From Trypanosoma brucei (lineage: Eukaryota), in NCBI GenBank assembly GCA_000002445.1, contig CP000070.1:512001-576000 (forward strand): DNA of 64,000 nt. Reading direction: 5' to 3'. Positions 8,963-20,662 of this stretch are shown in pieces. The notes below the pieces were generated by a model. It had not been told where the DNA came from, did no database searches, and saw only the letters and a program-made list of their open reading frames with translations. Numbering within the stretch: the stretch's first letter is position 1; each line of letters starts with the position of its first letter. The translations under genes and the position numbers were made by a program.

Positions 8963-11900
8963 TCAAATCTTGACGAACAAGAAGGTTCTGAAGAGTCCTG
9001 CTGCCTCAGCCTCGTCTGGTGATAACCGCAGCCGCAAGTGGCCATCACTATCGCGTCTTCCCCCGTTCATCGATGCATCCCGAAGTTCCTGTCCCAATGC
9101 TGAGTTATAGTGCATGTCGCCGTACTCCACAAACCCAAAAGATTCCACGAGCTGAAGGTTATATGCCCCACAGAGGTTGACAAAGCGGTTCCACGGCACC
9201 AGGTATTCGGGCATCTCACTCACGCTACTCTCAAACGACACCGAATATTCCACTCCAAATGAGTCATTAGGAACCGCATCCGTGGGAAATCGCACGGTGT
9301 AGATTCCGTTACCGAATGTTGTCCCATACTGTCGCAGACGACGTAGTAGTTCAGTGTCACTTACCGTAGTTCCAATGAATATGCCACCACTCTTCAAAGT
9401 GGAAGAAACGGCTGAAAGGAACACTCGAACTCTTTCCTCGTTGCTACAACCGTAGTGAATGGAAAACTGGCACGATACAACATCCAACTTCCCGCCATCA
9501 TGGCACTGTTTCAGGAACTCCTCAAGCTTGGTGACCAAAGAACCCTTCTCATCGAACACATCCAACACACAGAATTGGGCCCGTATCCCAGGAGGGTTCT
9601 TGTCGTGAGGAACAACCTTTATACTTAATCCCTTGGTAATGGAGTAGCGTGCAGCAGCCTCCGCCACCGCCTCCAAGCAACAGTCCGTCATGAACAGCAG
9701 CTTCGGTTGGTGAGCCCTCCACTTGTGAAGGTCCCCACCGCGACCCGAACACAGGTCAGCCACCACCATACCATCGTTGTCAAACTCACCGCCCTTATTA
9801 TTCGACCTCAGGTAAGAAACAGAGGTGCTAATCAGTACGCCTTTTATCCAGTTGTTGTAATGCCGTAGAATGCTACGATTCTTTCCCGTTGATAGTTCCT
9901 TCGTTTTGCAAGCGTAATGTGCATTTACTTGCTCCACTTGTAAAACTGCAGGTCGCTCTACTCCCTGTAGGTGCAGTGGTATGACTCTTTCAGGAGTCTC
10001 AGTTGACTCTGGCGAAGCGCTGTCGACCCCTCGCTGAAGAAGCCACTGCAAATGGTGAATGACACCCACACATGTCGACCTCTTGTTGTCCCCATTAGGT
10101 TGCATTGATGCAATATTCCACCGCCCCGTCCCGCCGTTAAATACTGCCTCCACTGTGAAGTCGGACCACGCACAGCTACCACCGGCATTGGCAAGCGCTA
10201 TATATAGGTATTCCCTCAGCCGTGATGTAGGATCCTCTGCAGGGCAAGCAAAACCAAAGCCTGTGCACTCACTGACCTTGCAGTGGATGCACGGCACATG
10301 CGCCTTCTCCGACGGTAAGCGTACGGCCCAGTAAAGGTGAATTTCATGCTCACCCTGCGCCTGCAGTTGTGTGGCACGGAGCGTAAACTGGCACCTCTTT
10401 TTTTCATGCTTTTCCTCGACATCTTGAATCGCAGCCGTATTACCCCTTTCGCCGCCGCGATTAACCATATCGGCTGCGCTCTCCAATTCATGCACCTTCT
10501 CAGACGGAAGTGGCGTATCGTTAAGCCCAATGAGGTCGAAAAGGGTGCTAAGAGTTATGTCCTCCACTAGGCTTTCCATCACCGAAATAATGGTTACAAT
10601 AGAGTTGGCTTCGGCTTTGTCATTGCGCAGGCGTTCAATAGACCAACACTTCTGCTCCCGGTCAAATACGCACTCTGCCACTACAGAGCCTCTGGTGGGA
10701 ATGGGCAGGGAAAACGGGTTGAGTAGACTCATTTTGGAAGAAAGACGCACATGACCACAGCTGTCAGGTTGGTGTCCGAACCTTTTCTTGCGGAAGAAGG
10801 AGTCAACCACGAAGAAGTTATTTTGTCCTTCGAACGCTGTTAGGCTCCAGTCGACGGAAAGCATGGAGGGCCACTTCCACTTGAGCTGCGTCTTGCTGGC
10901 ACCCTGTAAGATATCGAACTTCTCTGGAGTGAAAATAAAACCATCACTCTTCGTCCACCCGTAAGGGCCATCGTAGAGATAGACCACGCCACCTATGTGG
11001 TTGGCGCTCTCTCCGCATCGAAGTCGCAGAACACAGTCGCCGAATTTATTCAAGGGAAACATTTCCTTCGCGAAGATGCGCAGTAGCGGTACCCCAACTG
11101 TCCCCCGCTGGAACTCTTCCATGGGTTCAATAATGTCCTTCCTGAGTGCTGCATGCCGCGCTGATGTGTGGGCTCGTGTCAGCACCACATCACGTGGGGC
11201 ACTTTCACCTACTATGACATACCGAAATACATCAAAACATCCAAGAAGCAACCTCGCAGACCCCTTTTGTATGGGGACCATCAGCTCTGCATCAACCACA
11301 AAGGAATGGAGTGAGGGGACGGCGTGCTCCTCCAGCAAAAGATAAGCGTAGTCCATAGATCTGTCAAAGCAGTATGCCATATGGCGCTTCCCAATGAGCC
11401 GCTCAGCTCTAATGACGTCACCACCTCCTTGTGACGACGATGAACCATTTTCACAACACCTCAGAGCAAACAACTCAACGGTGCCATAAGATGACTTCTC
11501 ATGCCATCGTTCCACAGCGAAGTGACCGAAAGAAAGGTGGATTTTCTGGTGTAGGTCACCCACTTGTGCGGTGTTTTCTTGGCACAATTGTTGCCTAGCT
11601 TCCTCCAAAGCCACGACATCATCCAACCGCCCTACGTGTTTGAGAAGGACATCACCGCCATTCTTGTCTTCAATACTCCAAGAGGGGCCTAAAGGGGCAA
11701 TCAGCGAAACGAGTACAACTCGCGTGCCATCGCTTTTCTCTGTAACAAAATATGGTGCAGACCGCAGCATACTCGCGTGAGACTTTCGCAAGGGTGAACA
11801 CAACGGCCCCATGAATTCACCCACACGAGTGCCGACGACAGCTTCAGCCGCGTGTGCATAAATAAATTTGGGAACACCTGATGAAGCAGGCGAAGTCGGA

Positions 11901-12115
11901 GCGTTATTCGCAGTTCGCTTTCGTTGGAGATTACGCGACACTAAATTTCTGTACGCCTCCACGAAATCAACAGCGGGTGCGACTTCACTTGCTTCTGAGG
12001 GAACTGGTGGATGAACTGCCTTAACAAACTCCTCGTCTACGGGTATTAACAGCGATCGGCCAAAACGCCTTTCAGCATATTTGTGTAGATCCGAAAGTGA
12101 ACTCGTCGATTCCAT
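8963..12115 (-). CDS. CGM1: Bifunctional mRNA capping enzyme: N-terminal GTP-RNA guanylyltransferase fused to C-terminal mRNA cap (guanine-N7) methyltransferase (trypanosomatid Cgm1 type)
   Basis: The track ORF (8963..12262) starts at a GTG (cac at 12260-12262) and its first 49 codons are low-complexity. The first ATG is at 12113-12115 (MESTSSLSDLHKYAERRFGRSLLIPVDEEF...), giving 1050 aa. That matches the length I recall for T. brucei Cgm1 (not verifiable here). Guanylyltransferase motif I FVTEKSDGTRVVLV (K-x-D-G). C-terminal methyltransferase block: VADLCSGRGGDLHKW (compare VLDLGCGKGGDLLKW of human RNMT), LDVVSCQFSIHYGCSNEERVRVFLSAVSSTLKSGGIFIGTTVSDTELLRRLRQ (compare [53 protein letters not shown]). 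Confidence 0.88.
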   Translation of the reverse strand: MESTSSLSDLHKYAERRFGRSLLIPVDEEFVKAVHPPVPSEASEVAPAVDFVEAYRNLVSRNLQRKRTANNAPTSPASSGVPKFIYAHAAEAVVGTRVGEFMGPLCSPLRKSHASMLRSAPYFVTEKSDGTRVVLVSLIAPLGPSWSIEDKNGGDVLLKHVGRLDDVVALEEARQQLCQENTAQVGDLHQKIHLSFGHFAVERWHEKSSYGTVELFALRCCENGSSSSQGGGDVIRAERLIGKRHMAYCFDRSMDYAYLLLEEHAVPSLHSFVVDAELMVPIQKGSARLLLGCFDVFRYVIVGESAPRDVVLTRAHTSARHAALRKDIIEPMEEFQRGTVGVPLLRIFAKEMFPLNKFGDCVLRLRCGESANHIGGVVYLYDGPYGWTKSDGFIFTPEKFDILQGASKTQLKWKWPSMLSVDWSLTAFEGQNNFFVVDSFFRKKRFGHQPDSCGHVRLSSKMSLLNPFSLPIPTRGSVVAECVFDREQKCWSIERLRNDKAEANSIVTIISVMESLVEDITLSTLFDLIGLNDTPLPSEKVHELESAADMVNRGGERGNTAAIQDVEEKHEKKRCQFTLRATQLQAQGEHEIHLYWAVRLPSEKAHVPCIHCKVSECTGFGFACPAEDPTSRLREYLYIALANAGGSCAWSDFTVEAVFNGGTGRWNIASMQPNGDNKRSTCVGVIHHLQWLLQRGVDSASPESTETPERVIPLHLQGVERPAVLQVEQVNAHYACKTKELSTGKNRSILRHYNNWIKGVLISTSVSYLRSNNKGGEFDNDGMVVADLCSGRGGDLHKWRAHQPKLLFMTDCCLEAVAEAAARYSITKGLSIKVVPHDKNPPGIRAQFCVLDVFDEKGSLVTKLEEFLKQCHDGGKLDVVSCQFSIHYGCSNEERVRVFLSAVSSTLKSGGIFIGTTVSDTELLRRLRQYGTTFGNGIYTVRFPTDAVPNDSFGVEYSVSFESSVSEMPEYLVPWNRFVNLCGAYNLQLVESFGFVEYGDMHYNSALGQELRDASMNGGRRDSDGHLRLRLSPDEAEAAGLFRTFLFVKI

Positions 12116-12129
12116 TCCCTTCCGAGTGA

Positions 12130-12195
12130 CTATTCCATACAATAATGCACGTGGCGTAAGGGAAGAAGAGAAAAATACGAAAAAAGAAATAGTAC
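12130..12195 (-). promoter_or_regulatory. Putative polypyrimidine tract plus AG trans-splice acceptor for the capping-enzyme mRNA
   Basis: The plus strand is purine-rich (aagggaagaagagaaaaatacgaaaaaagaaatag, about 12158-12192), which reads as a polypyrimidine tract on the coding strand 45-80 nt upstream of the ATG. The first downstream AG on the coding strand is at 12130-12131. Kinetoplastid spliced-leader addition normally uses the first AG downstream of such a tract (established knowledge). The exact site is unproven. Confidence 0.3.
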
Positions 12196-12432
12196 AGAGA
12201 ATTATAAAGCAGCGATTGCAACATAGAAACGGAGGAATCAGAGATACAGGTGGAGTATCCACTAGAGATTATTAAGAAAGACGAAAAGGATGCACAAGCA
12301 CACACACACATATATATATATTTTTTTTTCTCGAGCATGACCAAATGGTGATAATTTTCAATGGAAACAGAAAAAAAATAAAGGAGTCATTTCAGTTATA
12401 AAGTTGGAACCACTAATTCACCCCGCGGTTGC

Positions 12433-12454
12433 GGGTACGACTCGAGTCGTACCC
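12433..12454. repeat. 22-bp perfect palindrome GGGTACGACTCGAGTCGTACCC, GC-rich, preceded by the CCGCGG palindrome at 12423-12428
   Basis: The first half gggtacgactc is the exact reverse complement of the second half gagtcgtaccc. It is embedded in otherwise AT-rich spacer about 320 bp upstream of the capping-enzyme ATG on the coding strand. Confidence 0.9.
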
Positions 12455-15400
12455 TCAGCAATATTTCTTGTGAAGGGTAATCGACAGGTTTTCAATGGAG
12501 GAAAATGTGAGAATAATCACTCATACATTTAAAAACAAGGAGATATGACAATATCAAAACTCCACCCTTCCTTAGTAAAAAAAAAATTATGACTTGGGGT
12601 GTTTCTGTTAGATTTGTTGCTTATTGTAAGCGTTGCTGAATCCCGTAAAAACTCTTTCCATTTTTTTTCATTTAAACTTCACTCAGTTGGATCACATCAT
12701 TGTAGCCTCTTTCCCACATTATATTACATCACGGTGCCGCTGTGCGGGAGTAAACTTGTTGTTCTCATCTTTCTTTTTAAAAAAAAAACAAAAGTAGGAT
12801 CAAAAATAAATAAAAACAATCGAATATAAACCCCAAACGGGGTTCTTTCCGCTCAAATATTCCTCAACAAACCATCAAAGAAGAAAAAATGAACGGGAGA
12901 GGGGGAAAAAAAAGAAAAGAAAATTAACATTCGAAACATCCGAAAATAAAATGTGCGGGGACATGTTAATTCGTGAGATAAATGTCGTCGAATACGTGGT
13001 AACGCGCTCACACATGCATATATTTATTTATTTGCTGATGAATACCTGAGCAGAGGCTTTAAAAATTTAAAAAAAAACAATTTAAAAGAAAAAAAACACG
13101 GGAAAATAAAAGTAATAAAAAACACTCATCAAGCGGGAAAAGAAGGCATCTCTCCCCCTCATCCTTTTATTTTTTTCTTTTGTGTGTGTGTGTGGTGGGG
13201 GAAGTTATTGAAAGCAGGTGCACATCGTTTCCGCGAAGATCAGCAAAGGTAAAACACACGCGCGAGGAAAAAAAAAACAAGTCGGGAAACCCCCCCCCCC
13301 CAAAAAAAAAAGAAAAAATTAAGCAAAATAAACGTAATAACATTAATCAAAATAATAGTAATAATAATAATAACAATAATAATAATTATTATTATTATTA
13401 TGAACAGTAAAATAAAACAAAAAGCAGCAGGGGCCAAATGCACGTGAGAGTGCACATAATGGTTGTATATTCGAAAAAAAAAACTTTTGTTTAATTTTTT
13501 TTTCTTTCTTTCCATGTGCCGTCACCTTCGTCCACTTCCCCGATTCTCCTGTTCGTCCACTTCCCTTCCTTTCGCACATGCATATTTTGTATATAAATAC
13601 ATGTTTAAAGATATGAAAATAAACACAGTCATTTATAATAATCTCCTTTGGTTTTTTTTTCGTTTAATCTGATGTCATTTCTCTTTCTTTTTTTTCCAAA
13701 TATTAAATTATATGCTCCTCCCCACACCAAATCACTCACAAAAACGTGACAATACCGTCATTATAACAAACAATAACTATTTTTATAATCGGCATAATTG
13801 TTATTTCACTTTTTTTCTCTAATTGTATCTTTTTCTCTTCCTTTCAGATTCAATTGATTTAAAAAGGAAGAAAGATGAGCATATTTAAAGAATGAAAAAA
13901 AGAGAAGGAAGGAAGGAAGGAAAACGGCAGAAAAAAAAACAATTTAGAATTATCATATTACTGTTATTATTTTGCATTGTTGGTAGTCATATTTTTCAGT
14001 ACTGCATTTGCTTAGGAGTAACTGGGAATAATTAGACGAGAACCACCAATAATAATAATAATACAAATAACCGTAATAACAATAATAATAAAATGACTTT
14101 TATCATAGCGTCAAAGCTAGTTTTTTCTTTTTTTTTTTTGTGTGTGTGTATGTGCCATGGAAAAATTAAGAATCATTAAACAAAATAAGGAGCAACAGTG
14201 GAAATAAAAAGAAAAAAAAGAAAACAAACAACAATAACGACGAGACACATACACGGCTCTAAATATGTTTAAACATACGTACGAATTCATATGTATAAAC
14301 GTGCGAATACAAACACATGAGTGTCATCATGTTGGAGGTTATCGCAAAAAAAAAAAGGAAAAAAAGAAAAAACAAAACAAAACAAAATAAAAAAAACAGA
14401 ATAAAAGGCGCAGAAACCCAAACAAGTGTTAGTTTAGTCAACCAACCTAATAAGAGATATACAAAGTTAAATAAATAAATATTTATTTATTTAAATGCAC
14501 TTACAAAGATAAGTGCCCGCATGTGCGCTCAAAAACCGAAATTCATTTCATATTCATAAAATATACGCATACGCAAAAAAGAAGAAAAGAGAATACAAAA
14601 AAAAAAAGAGAACAGAGAGAGACAGGGAGAGGAGGGAAAATAAAAACAAACCAAAAAAAGAAATCTGAAAGCCTAATTACGTTAATGATGATATACATAA
14701 ATACATAAATACATAAATGAATATATACGAAAAGATTTAAAGGATCAAGTTAAAGAAATAAGTGTAAAACAGTAAGATGGAATGGAATTGAAAAGGGAAA
14801 AAAATTAACAATAGTAATTAAATTTGAAAGAAAGAGAAGGAATGAAGACCGATTTGTTTCCGTTCTGCACTAAAATATTTAAAAAAAATTCTCCAACTAT
14901 CACCCCCTCATCTGCTTTCATTCTTTTTCTTTCTTTTTTTTTCCCCCCTTCACCCTTCCAACAGTTTCTGTACTTTGCTTTGTAAAAATTTTCAAATATC
15001 TTCACACTTTAACCTCGATTTATTTTATTTCTTTCTTAATTTATTTGTCCCCCCCCCGTTCCCTACACTTGCAGATCTTCCCATCCCGTCATTTCATTTG
15101 GTAATTATTATTTAATTTACTTCTGATTATTTGTTTTATTTCTTCTTTTTTAAATCATCATTCGTGGGAAAGCAAAAAAAAAAATTAAGGTAAATTAAAT
15201 TTTACAAAAAAAAATTCACAAAGGAAAGAAAACATACAAACAAACAAACAGTAACAGCCGTTTCGGAAGTTAAAACTGAGACTCCTCATTTCCTTATTAT
15301 TATTATTATTTTAGAAAAGTGAAGAAAAAGGAAACTTTTCATTTTCTTCACTTTTTCTTTTACTTTTTCATTTACATGACACCCAAATTAATCAAGAAAG

Positions 15401-15966
15401 GAAAGGAAAACGGAATCATTAAACACACAAACGATATACATCAATACGACAACAATAAATTTTTTTGTTCTAAATAATATTAATAATAAAAGCAAACAGC
15501 GGCGCTTTTTGCAATCACAAAGAAAAAAAGAAGAAGAATGAGAGAAATAAAAGTGTAACATAAGCGAATCAGGTAATGATATGATATATGAAATATGAAA
15601 TGAATGAATGAATGGTATCATCAAAGACCCAATTTAATATAAATTCATTATCCATTTTTGTGTCATATATATATACATGTATATATATATATATATTTAT
15701 TCGTATACTAATTTAATTTGTTGCGCTTCAGTAGCTCAAATATAAGAAGACGTTCAGCAGAACAAGCGAAATATATAAATATATAAAGGAAATTATCGAA
15801 TAAATAGGCAAAATTGTGTAATAATATTGATAATACAACGGTGATCACAACAACAATTATTGTCATGATCTTGAAAACAAAGAGTGAAAAATCACAAATG
15901 TTTTGGAGGATATTTAAAAGAAAAAAATGGAAAAGGAAAGATCAAGCGGAAGCAAACAAAACTTCT

Positions 15967-16015
15967 CACACATACACACACATACACACACATACACACA
16001 CACACACACACACAA
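15967..16015. repeat. (CACACATA)n/(CA)n compound microsatellite
   Basis: cacatacacacacatacacacacatacacacacacacacacacacacaaatg. Confidence 0.9.
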
Positions 16016-17931
16016 ATGATAAAAGGTAAAATATTTTTTTTTTCAAAAATGAAAAAGGAAAGAAACAACACGCCAAAGAAAAAAAAAAGAAAAAGAGAAA
16101 CAGCGATGAGTTTCATGTATGTGTGGCATGTTTTCTTTTTTGTTTCTTTTCTGTTCTCCTTCGCAACATTGAATTAACAAGGAACATTGAATAAGTAAAA
16201 GAAAAAAAAGGAAATAAAACGGGACACAGAAGTACACATTTCATTTCATATCATATCATTATATATTTGGTCATGCAAATGTATACAAATATATAAACAA
16301 ACTTTTTGCATACATTTGCTTTCTGTTTTGTTTTCTCTGCTAAAATAGAGCAACATATATATATATATATTTTTTATTTATTTATTTAGAAAGAAAATAA
16401 AAGAAGGAAGAAAAACAAAACAATACAACATTAAATAGCAGAGGCAAAAAGACATTCAGATGCGTGAATGAGCACAAAAAACGCAAAACAAAAAAAAGGT
16501 CTCAGATATAAAAAAAAAGGAGGGAAAGTAAAGTAAAGGAAAGGAAAGGAAAGGAAAACGAAAAAGATAGACTTCGTGTGAGATTGAGAGTTCTGACATT
16601 GGTGATTTCGTATAAATCAAGGAAAACATAACTTTTCTTTTTTTCTTCTTTTTTTTTTCTGTTTCTTCTGTTTATTCTTTTATTTTTTGTAGTTTTTTTT
16701 GTTGATTAATTAAATCCACACGTAAGGAGGAGGGGAAAAGAAGTGCTAACGTCACCACTTGCACAAGTGGTTTTTCCGTTGTGAACATATTACTCCTTTT
16801 TTCATATATTATTTATTTATATATTTTTTCCCTTTTTCAACTGACATCGCTAATAAATGCAATGAAATAAAAAGAGAGAGAGACGTCACACAACCCGCAA
16901 CTGACGTGGAGAGCAAACAAAAAAGAAAACGAAAAAAAAACAAATCACAAAAACTAAATAAAAAGAAAAAGGACTACACGCGAACCTCGAGCAAAGTCAA
17001 TAATAATAATAATAGTAATAAAAGAAGCACCGGTATAATTACAAAAAAAAACTTTCTCTTTCTTTCTTTTTTTTTAAAAATAAAAGAAATAGATCATGAG
17101 AATAACAAATAAATAAAATAATGATCGTTTTTTTTTCCCCCTTTCCTTTGACAAATCAACTTGTCAAATTTGAAATACGAACAGTATATAGAAATATATA
17201 TAAATGTTATACAAACACACCGGTTATGCCGATCAGAACTCCCTCGACACTAATTTTCTAAAGAAAAGGGAGAGGGAGAGAGAGAGAAAAAAAAAAGAAG
17301 TCGAAAAACATCCCCTTCCTTTTTTTCTTTGCAAAATAACATCAAATGTTCATTTTAATAACGGTTTATTTTATTTTCTCATTTTATTCTATTTTTTTAA
17401 ATTTCACTCTGTTTGTTTTTCCCTCCCCCGTAAAAAAAGAAAAAACACTTTTCTGAACACCTTTACATTCCCGCCATTACGCTTTGGCCACTGTAAGGAT
17501 GAAGGTAAAAAAAAAAAAGAAAAGAGAACAAGTGAAACGGAACCAAACAACAATAATAATTTTTAAAAAGGTAAGGAGGAAGAGGGTTGCACATTTTATT
17601 TAGTTATTTATCGCATTATTACTATTGTAATAAACCTTATCATCTGTTGTCCCTTTTTTTTTTCCTCCTTTTCACTTGGGGACATCGTCGTTGCATTATC
17701 AGCAATTAAAACCACATGTACTAAAACGCAAAAACACATGAAACGTTAAATAAAAATACACAAATATAAATGATTAAATATATTTGTATCCATGCAGGTG
17801 AGGGCGGGAGTATGCACATATATCAACTGTTAAATATATAAATATATAAATAAATATATATATATATGTTTATATGTGCGTGTGTTAAACTCGCACATAC
17901 ATGTATGAATAGTTATGTATAAATATATAGT

Positions 17932-17969
<38 letters not shown>

Positions 17970-18181
17970 CTTGATTTCCTTTTCTTATTTCTTAACGCTG
18001 CCGATGATTCCGCTATAATAACAGTTGTTCCTCATTATTCTAATTTACTCTCTCTCTCTCATCCCTTTCTTTCTTTATCGTGCACCAACATCTTAACGTA
18101 TGATTTGTTTGTGATTGAATGCTTAGTTCGTGTCTTGTTTGTTTGTTTTTGTTACCGCTCAATCAACATAATGTTAATCGG

Positions 18182-18997
18182 CTACTGCATTGCTGGAACT
18201 AAAACGTTTTCTTCCACTCGCTTATTCGCCTCTTCAACTGCTGCAACCACCTGCCATGTTGCATTCACTTGATTTTTGCATGGGACGGATTCGGGCAACA
18301 CAAGTGGTGGGAAAAATAATAATTTGACACCCAAACGCTCCGACATACGCTCCAACTCCATCATTGTAGCACTTTGTGCCCCTCTTCTTGAATCCATAAC
18401 ATAAGAAGAATAATTAAACCATGCAAAACCAATCACAATGGCATCTCCCGTAGTTCCATCAACTCCCTGCACTCGGACGATGTGACGACGAAATGGAAGG
18501 GACATGTCACCTCCAAACCACAAACCCAACGCTGAAACATATTCCAGTGCCGTTTGAGGCCGCCTTAAAGGCTCAATGCCATTGTTTCCATTAAAAAAGG
18601 CTTCCACTTGATGAAGCAAAGACGCCCACACACGGCGGGTGAATTTCACAGTGGGTTCATCACAACCCCAACCGCGAACAAGTCGTACATCCCGCTCAGC
18701 TGCGGTTCGCACCAACAACTTAACGGCAGCCATTTGATCATCAAAACTCATCCCACCTGCGAACTGTCCAACAAATTCTTGAGTTTTGTTAATATGATGA
18801 CGCAAAACCGTGTCTTGTTGCAATTCCATGTCAGGTCGCATCGGTAAATTGGCTTCATCCAAAAAAAATCGGGCACGTGTTGCATCCGGATGTCGGTTCG
18901 CGTGAGAAACAGTGAAAGTATTTCCCCTTTTGCCACATGTTGCAGTGCACTGCTTTTGTGGCGAGTTGTGCATTAAATTCTTCACAACGTTGTCCAT
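18182..18997 (-). CDS. Hypothetical protein, 271 aa (no family recognised by eye)
   Basis: ATG start (cat at 18995-18997). Non-repetitive composition. Same strand as its neighbours and flanked by AT-rich spacers. MDNVVKNLMHNSPQKQCTATCGKRGNTFTV... Confidence 0.6.
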   Translation of the reverse strand: MDNVVKNLMHNSPQKQCTATCGKRGNTFTVSHANRHPDATRARFFLDEANLPMRPDMELQQDTVLRHHINKTQEFVGQFAGGMSFDDQMAAVKLLVRTAAERDVRLVRGWGCDEPTVKFTRRVWASLLHQVEAFFNGNNGIEPLRRPQTALEYVSALGLWFGGDMSLPFRRHIVRVQGVDGTTGDAIVIGFAWFNYSSYVMDSRRGAQSATMMELERMSERLGVKLLFFPPLVLPESVPCKNQVNATWQVVAAVEEANKRVEENVLVPAMQ

Positions 18998-20662
18998 GTA
19001 GTTAAATACAAGTATATATATATATATATATATATATAAATGTATAAATATTTATTTATATTTTCTCAGGGATGCAACTACAACAAAAAACAACAAAGCG
19101 AAACAGTTCCTCTAACAGCTACTTCAGACTCTTCTATTTATTTTTTCTTTATTTATTTTTTTTGTACTGTCTCTTTTTCAGTTCAAGTTTCGCTCAGTAG
19201 GGATTTCTTTAAGTTTTTTCTTTAACGTTAATGATTTCGCTCTGTCACGACTTTTGTTTCCTATGTAAAGAAAAGAAAAAAGTCAATGCTCTCGATTTGC
19301 GCTAACGTTATTATTATTATTTTTTTAATTTCTCGTTTCGGAACGGATCAGCGAGTAACCTAAATAAAATAATTTAAAAAAAGTACTAACAGTAAAAAAA
19401 AATGAAGGTTCAGTGGGCTAATATAATTAACCTTAGTTCACAGACACTTTACTCTTTTTATCTTTTACTTTTTTTCCTCAGAAAAAAGTTTGTGCAGTCT
19501 TTTTTTCTTTATTTTAAATTTAATATTTTTCATGTAAAGGGATAGTGGAAAAAAAGAGGGAAAAAAGATGATGAGAAATAGAACCAAAAATGAATAAATG
19601 ACAATTATGCATGAGGAAAGAGCGAAATGTAATGGAATATTATTACCAAATGACACTACGCAGCATCACGCACACTCCTATCCAGAAATAAAATAGAATA
19701 GTAACAATTAAAAAAAAAAACACCCAAACACACACACGCATATATATATATATACCATAAATGCGGAGAATATATGTACGGTGCGAAGGCGTTAACGCGT
19801 TATTGCATTTAATGTTAATGATCTTAACAACAGGTGTGAAGGGGAGACGGAGGGCATTGGGAAAATAACAACTATGAATTTCTCAACCACAAATAAATGC
19901 GCCCGCAAAAAAGAAAAGGAAAAAGGAAAAAGAAAAAAGAAAACGACGACAACAACAACAAATGGTTTCTCCATCCATCGCTACCACTTCCTGATGTAAT
20001 GAACTGTTTGGAACCCGGCACATCATCAAATACAAATACAACAACAGCAGTATTGCATACATACATACATATACACGCATAGCTATATATGATGAATATA
20101 TTCGTCCTGATAATGCACTACCCGCAAATTCGTACGATTGGTGAGCAATTATGAAATGTGTGTTTAATTTTCTTTTTTTCCCCCCTTTCCCCCGCATCAC
20201 AACATTCTTCTCTCTCTCTCTCACTCTTCAACCCACCTCGATTTATTAAAAATTTTTTTCTTTTTAAATCCTGCACATTCCTCCTTCTCTAACTTCGGCT
20301 ACTTGTTTATCACCCAATGGTTTCCTTCAGCCTCCCTCCGCCTCCCAAATTTATGTCCACAGTTGTTGTTGTTGTTTATTTACAGAAACGGTGGGTTGAA
20401 ATAAATCAAACAAAAACCGACAAAAGGAACGATGCCACCAAAAACAGGTTGGAGGTATCACAGTGAAGGGAAGAAGAAGTACTAAAAAAACAACAAAAAA
20501 AAAAAGTGGGCCCACACACTTCCGTTACGTTTCACCAAACTGCACCCGCGTCCCCCACTTCACTCGAGCCACCTACAAAACATTTTATTACCTTTCACAA
20601 ACTGTTTATCAAACTCATCGTTACTTTTTGTTCCGCTGTTGCATCACATAATGCTGAAGAGT

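Noticed and set aside
12599-17566. Numerous 60-120-aa ORFs in the long spacers (e.g. 13180-13579, 15884-16177, 16759-17112, 17204-17566; similarly 26085-26516, 34497-35308, 44093-44688)
   Set aside because: Translations are poly-F/L/K/N/I or HTHTHT-type low complexity generated by A/T homopolymers and (CA)n, (TA)n, (AAT)n repeats. Strand and frame are arbitrary.
18182-18997. Tried to assign the 271-aa protein to ODC-antizyme or GNAT-like families
   Set aside because: There is only a vague resemblance in hydrophobic patterning and no diagnostic motif (for example, no GNAT motif A Q/RxxGxG/A). I left it as hypothetical.
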